A stretch of DNA of 43,674 nucleotides. Source: a virus. The translations under genes were made by a program, and so were the position numbers. Shown here in pieces: positions 1 to 8,429 of the stretch; position 1 is the stretch's first letter, and each line of letters opens with the position of its first letter. The notes beneath the pieces are model-generated. The model was not told the DNA's origin, searched no databases, and saw only the letters and a list, made by a program, of their open reading frames with translations. The DNA is taken from UHGV virus genome UHGV-1379542; one strand, given 5' to 3'.

Positions 1-51
1 CAACAAATCGAAACGACTGCGACGGTACAGTTCAATGACGATATCGATTAA
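1..51 (+). CDS. terS: terminase small subunit, C-terminal fragment (gene wraps around window ends)
   Basis: Frame-1 ORF is open from position 1 to the TAA at 49-51 (…QQIETTATVQFNDDID*). The ORF at 43345..43674 ends exactly in frame at the window end, so the two pieces join into one ~126-aa TerS if the molecule is circular. Confidence 0.6.
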   Translation, partial: QQIETTATVQFNDDID

Positions 52-1300
52 TCTATCCGAACTGTTACCTAAACACTTTCATAGCTTATGGAAAGCTACT
101 AAGGATAGAGAAAAACTTAACATAGTTGCTAAAGGTGGTCGTGGTAGTGGTAAGTCCTCTGATATATCTATCATCATTACACAGTTAATCATGCGCTATC
201 CTATGAATGCAGTTGTAGTACGTAAGACAGATAATACATTAGCTACATCAGTATTTGAACAAATCAAGTGGGCGATAGAAGAACAAAAGGTGTCACACCT
301 GTTTAAAGTTAAAGTGTCGCCAATGGAAATCACATACGTACCTAGAGGGAATCGAATTATCTTCAGAGGGGCGCAGAACCCTGAACGATTAAAGTCGTTA
401 AAAGATAGTCGGTTCCCTTTTTCTATCATGTGGATAGAGGAGTTAGCAGAATTTAAGACAGAAGATGAAGTTACGACAATTACTAACTCTATGTTACGTG
501 GTGAATTAGATGACGGATTATTTTATAAGTTTTTCTTTAGTTATAACCCACCTAAGAGAAAACAATCGTGGGTTAATAAAAAATATGAAACCTCATTCCA
601 ACCAGATAACACATTCGTACATCATTCAACGTACTTAGATAACCCTTTTATCTCTAAACAGTTTATACAAGAGGCAGAGAGTGCTAAAGAACGTAACGAA
701 CAACGTTATCGTTGGGAATATATGGGCGAAGCTATTGGTAGTGGTGTTGTTCCGTTTAACAACTTACAAATAGAGAAGATACCTGATGACTTATACAAGA
801 CATTCGATAATATACGTAATGCAGTTGACTTTGGTTACGCTACTGATCCGTTAGCATTTGTACGTTGGCACTATGATAAGAAGAAACGTATTATCTACGC
901 AGTTGATGAACACTATGGTGTACAAATAAGCAATAGAGAGTTTGCTAACTGGTTAAAACGTAGAGGTTATCAATCTGATGAGATATACGCAGATAGCGCT
1001 GAACCGAAGTCTATTGCAGAGCTGAAACAAGAACACGGTATTAAGCGTGTTAAAGGTGTGAAGAAAGGTCCTGACAGTGTAGAACACGGGGAACAATGGC
1101 TAGATGATTTAACTGCTATTGTGATAGATCCTAATAGAACACCTAACATAGCAAGAGAATTTGAGAATATCGACTATGAAACTGATAAAGACGGTAACGT
1201 TAAACCGAGATTAGAAGATAAAGACAACCACACGATAGACGCCACTAGATACGCCCTAGAGCGTGACATGAGGCAGAATAAACTTAGCATACTTACGTAA
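35..1300 (+). CDS. terL: terminase large subunit (PBSX/Terminase_3-like ATPase-nuclease)
   Basis: 421 aa. Walker A-like GGRGSGKS near the N-terminus. Sits immediately after terS and before the portal. Overlaps the terS end, as in pac-type siphoviruses. Confidence 0.9.
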   Translation: MTISINLSELLPKHFHSLWKATKDREKLNIVAKGGRGSGKSSDISIIITQLIMRYPMNAVVVRKTDNTLATSVFEQIKWAIEEQKVSHLFKVKVSPMEITYVPRGNRIIFRGAQNPERLKSLKDSRFPFSIMWIEELAEFKTEDEVTTITNSMLRGELDDGLFYKFFFSYNPPKRKQSWVNKKYETSFQPDNTFVHHSTYLDNPFISKQFIQEAESAKERNEQRYRWEYMGEAIGSGVVPFNNLQIEKIPDDLYKTFDNIRNAVDFGYATDPLAFVRWHYDKKKRIIYAVDEHYGVQISNREFANWLKRRGYQSDEIYADSAEPKSIAELKQEHGIKRVKGVKKGPDSVEHGEQWLDDLTAIVIDPNRTPNIAREFENIDYETDKDGNVKPRLEDKDNHTIDATRYALERDMRQNKLSILT

Positions 1301-1305
1301 ACGAG

Positions 1306-2742
1306 GTGATTAGCATTAACTGGCCGTGGGATAAACCATATCACGAACAAGTGGTAGAACAAATCAAACCGAAGTATGAAACGCAAGAAGAAATGATATT
1401 GCGCTTGGTTAGAGAACATAAAGAGAATATAGACAATATCACAATGGGCGAAAGATATTATAATCATCACCCAGATATATTAGACGCTCCTTCCAAAAAA
1501 GATGTAAACGGCGACTATGACGAAACTAAACCGGACTGGCGCATGTATACTAACTACCATCAAAACTTAGTAGACCAGAAAGTAGCTTATGCAGTTGCTA
1601 ATCCTGTGACATTTGGTGTAGATAATGACAAAGCATTAAAACAAATACAACATACACTTAATCACAAGTGGGATGACAAATTAGTAGATATATTAACTGC
1701 TGCAAGTAATAAAGGTATCGAATGGGTTCAACCTTATGTAGATGAAGAAGGAGAATTTAAAACGTTTCGTGTACCTGCAGAACAAGCTGTACCTATTTGG
1801 ACTAATAAAGAAAGAGATGAACTGCAAGCGTTTATCCGTGTATATGAATTAGACGGAGCAGAACGCGTTGAGTATTGGACTAAAGATGATGTGACATTCT
1901 ATGAGTTGAAAGAAGGACAACTTATCCCTGATTTCTATCGTAGTGAAGATCATATACAACCTCATTATTATCAAGGTAATAAATTGATGAGTTGGGGACG
2001 TGTTCCTTTTATTCCGTTCAAGAACAACCCACAAGAAGTATCTGACTTATTCATGTATAAAACAATTATAGACGCGTTAGATAAGCGATTATCAGACACA
2101 CAAAACACTTTTGATGAATCAGTAGAGTTAATCTATATCTTAAAAGGTTATGAAGGTGAAGATATGAAAGACTTCATGCATAACCTTAAATACTACAAAG
2201 CAATTAGTGTTGCAGGGGAAAGTGGTTCCGGTGTAGATACTATTAAAGTAGAAGTGCCTATCGACTCTGTTAAGGAATACACGAAGATGTTACGTGATTA
2301 CATTATAGAGTTTGGACAAGGTGTAGACTTCCAACAAGATAAGTTTGGTAATAGCCCTAGTGGTATTGCACTTAAGTTTATGTACAGTAACTTAGACTTA
2401 AAAGCTAACAAGCTAAAGAATAAAACACTTACTGCATTACAAGAGTTGTTGCAGTACATTATCGACTTCTACAGATTAGATGTGAAAGTGCAAGATATCG
2501 AGATTACATTCAACTTCAATGTAATGGTTAATGAGTTAGAGAACTCTCAAATCGCTATGAATTCTACAGGATTATTATCTAAAGAAACTATTCTTTCTAA
2601 TCATGCTTGGGTTGAAGATCCTGTAGCTGAAATGGAAAGAATAGAGCAAGAAAACATAGAACTCAATCAACAACTCCCTGACATTGAGGAGGGATTGAAT
2701 GACGAACAACAAAGACAATCCGAAAATAACCAATCAGAATGA
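1306..2742 (+). CDS. portal protein (SPP1 gp6-like)
   Basis: 478 aa with an acidic C-terminus. Position after terL and before the Mu-F-like minor head protein. GTG start is inferred and the exact start is uncertain. Confidence 0.8.
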   Translation: MISINWPWDKPYHEQVVEQIKPKYETQEEMILRLVREHKENIDNITMGERYYNHHPDILDAPSKKDVNGDYDETKPDWRMYTNYHQNLVDQKVAYAVANPVTFGVDNDKALKQIQHTLNHKWDDKLVDILTAASNKGIEWVQPYVDEEGEFKTFRVPAEQAVPIWTNKERDELQAFIRVYELDGAERVEYWTKDDVTFYELKEGQLIPDFYRSEDHIQPHYYQGNKLMSWGRVPFIPFKNNPQEVSDLFMYKTIIDALDKRLSDTQNTFDESVELIYILKGYEGEDMKDFMHNLKYYKAISVAGESGSGVDTIKVEVPIDSVKEYTKMLRDYIIEFGQGVDFQQDKFGNSPSGIALKFMYSNLDLKANKLKNKTLTALQELLQYIIDFYRLDVKVQDIEITFNFNVMVNELENSQIAMNSTGLLSKETILSNHAWVEDPVAEMERIEQENIELNQQLPDIEEGLNDEQQRQSENNQSE

Positions 2743-3646
2743 TATAGATAACTACATCGATAAACTGGTTAATCAAGCAGAGAAAGAAATTGAAATACTA
2801 TTTGCTAAACGTTTGAAAGAAATCAAACAGATTATTGCGAACATGTATGAGAAATACGATAGAGATGAACCACAAGTGACGTGGACTGAATTCAATAAAT
2901 ACAACAGGCTCAACAAAGAACTTAATCGTATAGGACAGATGTTATCTCAAGACTACAGAGAAGTCGCTAAGGCTATCAAACAATCACAACAGAACGTCTA
3001 TATCGAAAAGTACATGATGAGCCTATTTTTGTATGAAGTAGCAAGTCAAACGTCTATGAACTTTGATATACCTACTTCGCAGACAATACAGACGGCAATT
3101 GAACAACCTATTGAGTTTATTAAGTTAGTACCTACACTGCAGAAACATCGTGATGATACATTGAAGCGTATTCGTATGCATATCACACAAGGCATTATGA
3201 GTGGCGAGGGCTATTCTAAGATAGCTAAAGCGTTAAGAGATGACTTAGGAATGGCAAAGGCTCAATCAGTAAGAGTAGCACGTACAGAAACAGGACGCGC
3301 ATTGTCACAAGCAGGATTAGATAGTGCAATGGTAGCTAAAGATAACGGACTTGATATGAAGAAACGTTGGTACGCTACTAAAGATACACGTACAAGAGAT
3401 ACACACAGACACTTAGACGGACAAACAGTAGGCATTGACGAAAATTTTCACTCAAGTGGTTGTGTAGGTCCTGCACCTAAGTTGTTTGTAGGTGTAGCTA
3501 GTGCAAAAGAGAACATCAATTGTCGTTGTAAGCTTCTTTATTACATAGACGAAGATGAATTACCTACAACGATGAGAACTAAAGAAGATGGCGTAATACC
3601 TTTCACTAACTATAGAGAGTGGGAGAAGAATAAACGTAAGCAGTAA
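2699..3646 (+). CDS. minor head protein (phage Mu F / SPP1 gp7-like head morphogenesis protein)
   Basis: 315 aa. Overlaps the portal 3' end. Conserved position. A C-terminal Cys-containing region is present (…INCRCKLLYY…). Confidence 0.7.
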   Translation: MTNNKDNPKITNQNDIDNYIDKLVNQAEKEIEILFAKRLKEIKQIIANMYEKYDRDEPQVTWTEFNKYNRLNKELNRIGQMLSQDYREVAKAIKQSQQNVYIEKYMMSLFLYEVASQTSMNFDIPTSQTIQTAIEQPIEFIKLVPTLQKHRDDTLKRIRMHITQGIMSGEGYSKIAKALRDDLGMAKAQSVRVARTETGRALSQAGLDSAMVAKDNGLDMKKRWYATKDTRTRDTHRHLDGQTVGIDENFHSSGCVGPAPKLFVGVASAKENINCRCKLLYYIDEDELPTTMRTKEDGVIPFTNYREWEKNKRKQ

Positions 3647-3739
3647 ATACTCGACCTTAGCACCGTCGTTAAAAGGCTTCTTTTTTATACAAATCTTTCG
3701 TGTCGTTACACGTAAAAAACGTAAAAGGAGCAATTAAAT

Positions 3740-4333
3740 ATGGACTTATACGCATTATTAGGGCAATTTAAAGACGGTGAAATCGATAAACAGAAAATGA
3801 TTGACGCTATTGATGAATCGAAATCAGGTATGGTACCACGTTCTCGATTGAATGACAAGAACGCTGAAATTGATGAGTTAAAAGCAGAGATTACTAACCG
3901 TGATGAACAAATTGCCAAATTACAAGACTCTGTGAAAGATGATAGCGAGTTACAAAAAGAACTCGACGAATTAAAAGATAAAAACGCAGAGTGGCAAACT
4001 AAGTACCAAGAATCACAATTGAATAACGCTGTTAAGTTAGCTGTTGCGAAAGACGCGAACGACGCTGACGACATTCTAGCTTTCATCAACAAAGATGAAC
4101 TAGAACTACAAGATGACGGCAAAGTTAAAGGTTTAGATAAAGCGATTGAATCGCTAAAAGAGTCTAAACCTTATTTATTTGCTGAAAGTAAACCTAGTGG
4201 ACGTACACCAGATGACGGTAAAAACGTAAATGGTGGGATTACACAAGAAGAATTTAACAATATGAGTGTCGCAGAGAGAACTAATCTATTCGTTAACGAT
4301 AGAAAAACTTACGACACTCTAATAAATAATTAG
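3740..4333 (+). CDS. head scaffolding protein
   Basis: 197 aa, highly acidic, predicted coiled coil. Lies immediately upstream of the major capsid gene. RBS aaaaggag. Confidence 0.7.
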   Translation: MDLYALLGQFKDGEIDKQKMIDAIDESKSGMVPRSRLNDKNAEIDELKAEITNRDEQIAKLQDSVKDDSELQKELDELKDKNAEWQTKYQESQLNNAVKLAVAKDANDADDILAFINKDELELQDDGKVKGLDKAIESLKESKPYLFAESKPSGRTPDDGKNVNGGITQEEFNNMSVAERTNLFVNDRKTYDTLINN

Positions 4334-4350
4334 AAAAGAGGTAATAACAT

Positions 4351-5181
4351 ATGGCACAAGGAACAACAACTAAAAGTACACAAATCGTTCCAGAAGTATT
4401 AAAACCTATGATGCAAGCAGAATTAGATAAGAAATTGAGATTTGCACAATTTGCAGACATTGACAGTACATTAGTAGGACAACCAGGTGACACTTTAACT
4501 TTCCCTGCATTTGTTTACAGTGGTGATGCTACAGTAGTACCTGAAGGACAAAAAATTCCTGTAGACAAAATTGAAACTAACAGACGTGAAGCTAAAATTC
4601 ATAAAATCGGTAAAGGTACTGATATTACTGATGAAGCTTTATTGTCTGGTTATGGCGACCCTCAAGGAGAAGCAGTACGTCAACATGGTTTAGCTATTGC
4701 TAACAAAGTAGATAATGACGTATTAGAAGCTTTACGAGGTACTAAATTAACTGTAAGTGCAGACATCGGCACATTAGCAGGCTTAGAAGCTGCAATTGAC
4801 ACATTCGATGATGAAGATTTAGAACCAATGGTATTATTCATTAATCCTAAAGACGCTGGTAAGTTACGCTCTAGTGCTTCAGATAACTTCACTCGAGCTA
4901 CTGAATTAGGCGATAACATTATCGTTAAAGGTGCATTTGGGGAAGCGTTAGGAGCTGTTATTGTACGTTCTAAGAAATTAGATGAGGGCGAAGCTATTTT
5001 AGCTAAACGTGGTGCAGTTAAACTTATCACTAAACGTGATTTCTTCTTAGAAACTGACCGTGATCCTTCAACTAAAACAACTGCTTTATACAGTGATAAA
5101 CACTATGTAGCATACTTATATGACGAATCTAAAGCAGTTAAGGTAACTAAAGGCGCTGGAACTACAGACTCAGGTGCATAA
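4351..5181 (+). CDS. major capsid protein
   Basis: 276 aa. Strong RBS. Position between the scaffold and head-tail joining genes. Gly/Ala/Val-rich composition typical of an MCP. Confidence 0.75.
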   Translation: MAQGTTTKSTQIVPEVLKPMMQAELDKKLRFAQFADIDSTLVGQPGDTLTFPAFVYSGDATVVPEGQKIPVDKIETNRREAKIHKIGKGTDITDEALLSGYGDPQGEAVRQHGLAIANKVDNDVLEALRGTKLTVSADIGTLAGLEAAIDTFDDEDLEPMVLFINPKDAGKLRSSASDNFTRATELGDNIIVKGAFGEALGAVIVRSKKLDEGEAILAKRGAVKLITKRDFFLETDRDPSTKTTALYSDKHYVAYLYDESKAVKVTKGAGTTDSGA

Positions 5182-5197
5182 AAGGAGGTAGTGACGT

Positions 5198-5488
5198 ATG
5201 TATAAAGTAATCGAGTATTTCGAAGACTTACAAGATGACAACTACGAGTATAACGTAGGAAAAACGTTCCCTCGTAAAGGTTTAAATGTAAGTGATGAGC
5301 GATTAACTGAACTATCCACAAAAGAAAACCGTCAGAATAAGCCCCTTATTGAACGTGTAGAGAGCGATAAAGACTTAAAAGGTATGAAAGTATCTGAGTT
5401 AAGAGAACTCGCTAAAGAACGTGAAATAGAGGGCTTTTCTAGTATGAAAAAAGATGAACTCGTTGAAGCATTAGGAAGTGTTAAGTAA
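5198..5488 (+). CDS. Rho termination factor N-terminal domain-containing protein
   Basis: The C-terminal motif MKVSELRELAKEREIEGFSSMKKDELVEAL resembles the Rho_N helix-hairpin. Small ORF with RBS aaggagg. Confidence 0.5.
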   Translation: MYKVIEYFEDLQDDNYEYNVGKTFPRKGLNVSDERLTELSTKENRQNKPLIERVESDKDLKGMKVSELRELAKEREIEGFSSMKKDELVEALGSVK

Positions 5489-5802
5489 TGAACGCACAAG
5501 ACGTTAAATTATTAAATAATCTTTCACTCGATGATACTTCAAATGACGAAACAATCGAATTACTTATTGAAAAGTATCTGAATGTAGCTGAAGAATATTG
5601 TAATCAAACATTCAATAGGAAGTCATTACCTAGTAATGTAGAGAAATTCATTGCTAACTGTATTAAACAAGGTACGACTAGCAATATTTCTTCACGTACT
5701 ATGGGTACTGTGAGCTACACTTTCGTTACTGATCTACCTAAGGAAACATACGGTTGCCTTAAACCATTTAGACGCTTACGTTGGACTGGTTATCATGTTT
5801 AA
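5488..5802 (+). CDS. head-tail connector protein (gp6-like)
   Basis: 104 aa. Start overlaps the previous stop (ATGA). Conserved position. Confidence 0.55.
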   Translation: MNAQDVKLLNNLSLDDTSNDETIELLIEKYLNVAEEYCNQTFNRKSLPSNVEKFIANCIKQGTTSNISSRTMGTVSYTFVTDLPKETYGCLKPFRRLRWTGYHV

Positions 5803-6124
5803 TCCATTAAATGAGTTTCCTCATACAATCGAATTAGGCTCAAGAGAGGTTGTAGGAGAGTATCCACGTGAACAAGAGCGCTTTAAGAGCGAAAAAACAA
5901 TACAAGGATTTATGGATACGCCTACTTCATCTGAACAACTCAAGTTTCATCAAATGAACCAATCATACGACAGAAACCTATATACGCCGTACAGCCTGCC
6001 AATAACTAACACAAACTTATTTAAATACAACGGTAAAACTTACGAAGTAGTAGGAGAACCTGTCGACCAAGGCGGGCAACAAGAAATCAACTTAACAAGA
6101 TTGAGAGAATGTCCTATTGGCTAA
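5795..6124 (+). CDS. head closure / head-tail adaptor protein
   Basis: 109 aa, overlapping neighbouring genes. Conserved position. Confidence 0.5.
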   Translation: MFNPLNEFPHTIELGSREVVGEYPREQERFKSEKTIQGFMDTPTSSEQLKFHQMNQSYDRNLYTPYSLPITNTNLFKYNGKTYEVVGEPVDQGGQQEINLTRLRECPIG

Positions 6125-6530
6125 GGTTAAATACGGAAATTGGGATTTAGTTAAGGAGCTTGAGGAGTTCGAAAAAGAAACGATTAGATGGGCTAAAAAA
6201 GGTATAGCCAAGACAACAACTATTATTCACAATTCAATAGTTAGTAACATGCCTGTTGACACCGGTTATCTTAGAGAAAGTGTTTCTATGGACTTTAAGA
6301 AGGGCGGATTAACAGGCGTTATTAATATCGGCAGTGAGTACGCAGTTTACGTCAACTACGGTACAGGGATATACGCAGTCGGTCCGGGTGGTAGTCGTGC
6401 AAAGAATATCCCGTGGCGTTACAAAGACGCAGACGGACATTGGCACACAACTAAAGGGCAACATGCACAACCCTTTTGGGAACCAGCAATTGATGAAGGT
6501 AGAGCGTTTTTCAACAAGTATTTTTCATAA
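6117..6530 (+). CDS. HK97 gp10-like tail component (neck protein)
   Basis: 137 aa. TTG start overlapping the upstream stop. Conserved position. Confidence 0.45.
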   Translation: MAKVKYGNWDLVKELEEFEKETIRWAKKGIAKTTTIIHNSIVSNMPVDTGYLRESVSMDFKKGGLTGVINIGSEYAVYVNYGTGIYAVGPGGSRAKNIPWRYKDADGHWHTTKGQHAQPFWEPAIDEGRAFFNKYFS

Positions 6531-6542
6531 GGTGGTTAAGAT

Positions 6543-6980
6543 ATGTGGGTATCAGTAGAACGGTATCTGTTTAACAAGATATATAACAAATTAAAAAGCA
6601 ACCCTATCATCAAAAAACAGCTTGGTGGTAGGGTTTTTGATTGCGTTCAAAAAGACGCTGTTTACCCATATATCGTTGTGGGTGAAACAAACGTCACTAA
6701 TAAAGAAACGACAACGAGTATGTTTGAAGATGTAGGCGTAACCTTACACGTGTATAGTCAAGCGAGAAATCGTGATGAAGTAGCACAAATCATTCAGTTT
6801 TTAGGCCATGTACTTAATACTGAATTTGAAATCGAACATTACTCATTCATTAAAAGTCGAATTGATACACAAGAAGTGATAACTGATATTGATCAGTACA
6901 CGAAACACGGTATCATCCGGCTTGTTTTTAAATACAGACACAATACTTTACAAAGGAGTGTAACGAATGGCACAGAATAA
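6543..6980 (+). CDS. tail completion / tail terminator protein
   Basis: 145 aa. Position directly upstream of the major tail protein. Confidence 0.45.
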   Translation: MWVSVERYLFNKIYNKLKSNPIIKKQLGGRVFDCVQKDAVYPYIVVGETNVTNKETTTSMFEDVGVTLHVYSQARNRDEVAQIIQFLGHVLNTEFEIEHYSFIKSRIDTQEVITDIDQYTKHGIIRLVFKYRHNTLQRSVTNGTE

Positions 6981-7506
6981 ATACATTGCAGCGCTACAAA
7001 TTGCTGACAAAGATTTAGCAAGTCAGTTAAAAGAAGAAGACGCTATTCTGTTAGCTAGTTTAGCTGAGGGTGGACACACAATCAGTAATGACTTAGCTGA
7101 AATGATTACAGGTGGCAAAAAAGACTACGGTCGTAACTCTGTAGAAGAAGAAATCAAGTTAACTGTTGACCGTGTTCCTGGCGACAAAGGTCAAGAAGCT
7201 TTAAAAGAGTCAGTTAAAAACTTCAAGCAGTTACGTTTATGGATTTGGGAAGTTAAGAAACGTGACGGTAAACATCACGGTACTTTCGCTTATGTAATTG
7301 TAGAAGAGCACGAATGGTCATTTGATGATGAGGATGACAAAATCGAAATCACTGCAAAAGTTAAATTTAACAGTGCAGACGGTTCTGTTGATTCATTACC
7401 ACCAGAATGGCTCAACCCTAGTGCTGCTGCTCCTACAGTTGAATGGGAAGATATGGGAGCTTATACAGACTCATACGAAAACCGTACACCTAAAGCTGGT
7501 GCATAA
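6967..7506 (+). CDS. major tail protein
   Basis: 179 aa. Followed by a strong intrinsic terminator. Position upstream of the G/GT chaperone pair. Confidence 0.7.
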   Translation: MAQNKYIAALQIADKDLASQLKEEDAILLASLAEGGHTISNDLAEMITGGKKDYGRNSVEEEIKLTVDRVPGDKGQEALKESVKNFKQLRLWIWEVKKRDGKHHGTFAYVIVEEHEWSFDDEDDKIEITAKVKFNSADGSVDSLPPEWLNPSAAAPTVEWEDMGAYTDSYENRTPKAGA

Positions 7507-7513
7507 GTTTTAC

Positions 7514-7539
7514 GAGGGCATTAAGCCCTCTATTTTTTT
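7514..7539 (+). terminator. rho-independent terminator after major tail gene
   Basis: Hairpin gagggc-attaa-gccctc followed by tattttttt. Confidence 0.7.
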
Positions 7540-7567
7540 GTACAAAATAACAGAAAGAGGTTAAAGA

Positions 7568-8062
7568 ATGACTGAAAATACAATCAATCCTATTACTACA
7601 TTAGAGTTCAACGGAGAAGAAGTAGAAGCAAAAGCTACTTTCTTATTCGATAAAGCGGCTAAGAAATTTGCTAAAGACGAGCAAGATGAAAATGGTAAAA
7701 CTACTAAAGTATCTGGTTTTAATGCTATTTATAACGGTATTTTAGAACGTGATCCAATCGCAATTGCAGACTTTTGGGAATGTGCAACGGCTTATTTAGG
7801 TAAAAATGCACCTAAACGTGAAGATATCGAACAAACACTAATGGAAATTATCGATGAAAAACAAGACTCTATCGAATTGTTACAAGGTGCATTGCAAGTT
7901 TTAAATCATAGTGGTTTTTTCAAGCAGAAATCACGTCTATTCTGGACACAAATGAACTCGGCTCCATCTATGGTCAAAGAAGAAGAGAAAGAGTCTACGA
8001 AGAACGGTATCGAGTTCATGAAGAACAATTACAAAGAAATCATGGGCGAGCTACCTTACTAG
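7568..8062 (+). CDS. tail assembly chaperone (G-like)
   Basis: 164 aa. Lies between the major tail protein and the tape measure. Contains the slippery site. Confidence 0.7.
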   Translation: MTENTINPITTLEFNGEEVEAKATFLFDKAAKKFAKDEQDENGKTTKVSGFNAIYNGILERDPIAIADFWECATAYLGKNAPKREDIEQTLMEIIDEKQDSIELLQGALQVLNHSGFFKQKSRLFWTQMNSAPSMVKEEEKESTKNGIEFMKNNYKEIMGELPY

Positions 8063-8427
8063 ATTATTCAGAAATACGGCAGATAACCAGTCAATACATA
8101 GGCTATCTTCCTTATGATGAATTAATGAGTTTGACGCCTAATGAATGGAAAGACTGGGTTGTAGGTCGTAGATTGGCGTTACTTGATGAACAAGAAAATT
8201 TATTGTTTGGTGCTCAAGCTAACGGTCTTGTGCAAGCTGGTAAATCACTTAAACGATTACAGAAGCAGTTAGAGCGTGCAAGATACGAAGTACGTGGACA
8301 GTCAGAAGAATACGAACGTATGAAAGAACGTAAGTTAGCACATAACAAACGCATTAGAAATGTTCAGAAACAAGGTACACGACGCTTTATGAATTCATTA
8401 CGCAATACTAGTCAAAAAGGAGGTTAG
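7568..8427 (+). CDS. tail assembly chaperone GT-like fusion made by -1 programmed frameshift at 7915-7921
   Basis: The -1 frame is open with no stops from 7912 to 8427 and contains the annotated ORF 8125..8427. The slippery heptamer T TTT TTC (7915-7921) sits where the two frames overlap. Confidence 0.65.
7915..7921 (+). promoter_or_regulatory. -1 ribosomal frameshift slippery heptamer U UUU UUC
   Basis: Zero-frame codons ggT TTT TTC. The -1 frame opens at 7912, just after a TAG at 7909-7911. Confidence 0.6.
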
Positions 8428-8429
8428 CC

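Noticed and set aside
196-429. Antisense or overlapping ORFs in the track (for example 196..429-, 3706..4122-, 4680..5030-, 9776..10093-, 10394..10780-, 31514..31795-, 36253..36624-, 6334..6558+, 7322..7564+).
   Set aside because: They are wholly embedded in strongly supported genes on the other strand or frame, lack an RBS, and have low-complexity translations. They are treated as spurious.
3647-3739. A possible terminator between the minor head and scaffold genes (hairpin cgtgt-cgtt-acacg).
   Set aside because: The stem is short and is followed by an A-tract rather than a U-tract on the coding strand. There is not enough evidence to call it.
8125-8427. The ORF-track gene 8125..8427 (100 aa) could be an independent CDS.
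   Set aside because: Its frame is open with no stops back to 7912, where it meets a U UUU UUC slippery site inside the chaperone gene. There is no RBS at 8125. It is interpreted as the T-extension of a G/GT frameshift product.
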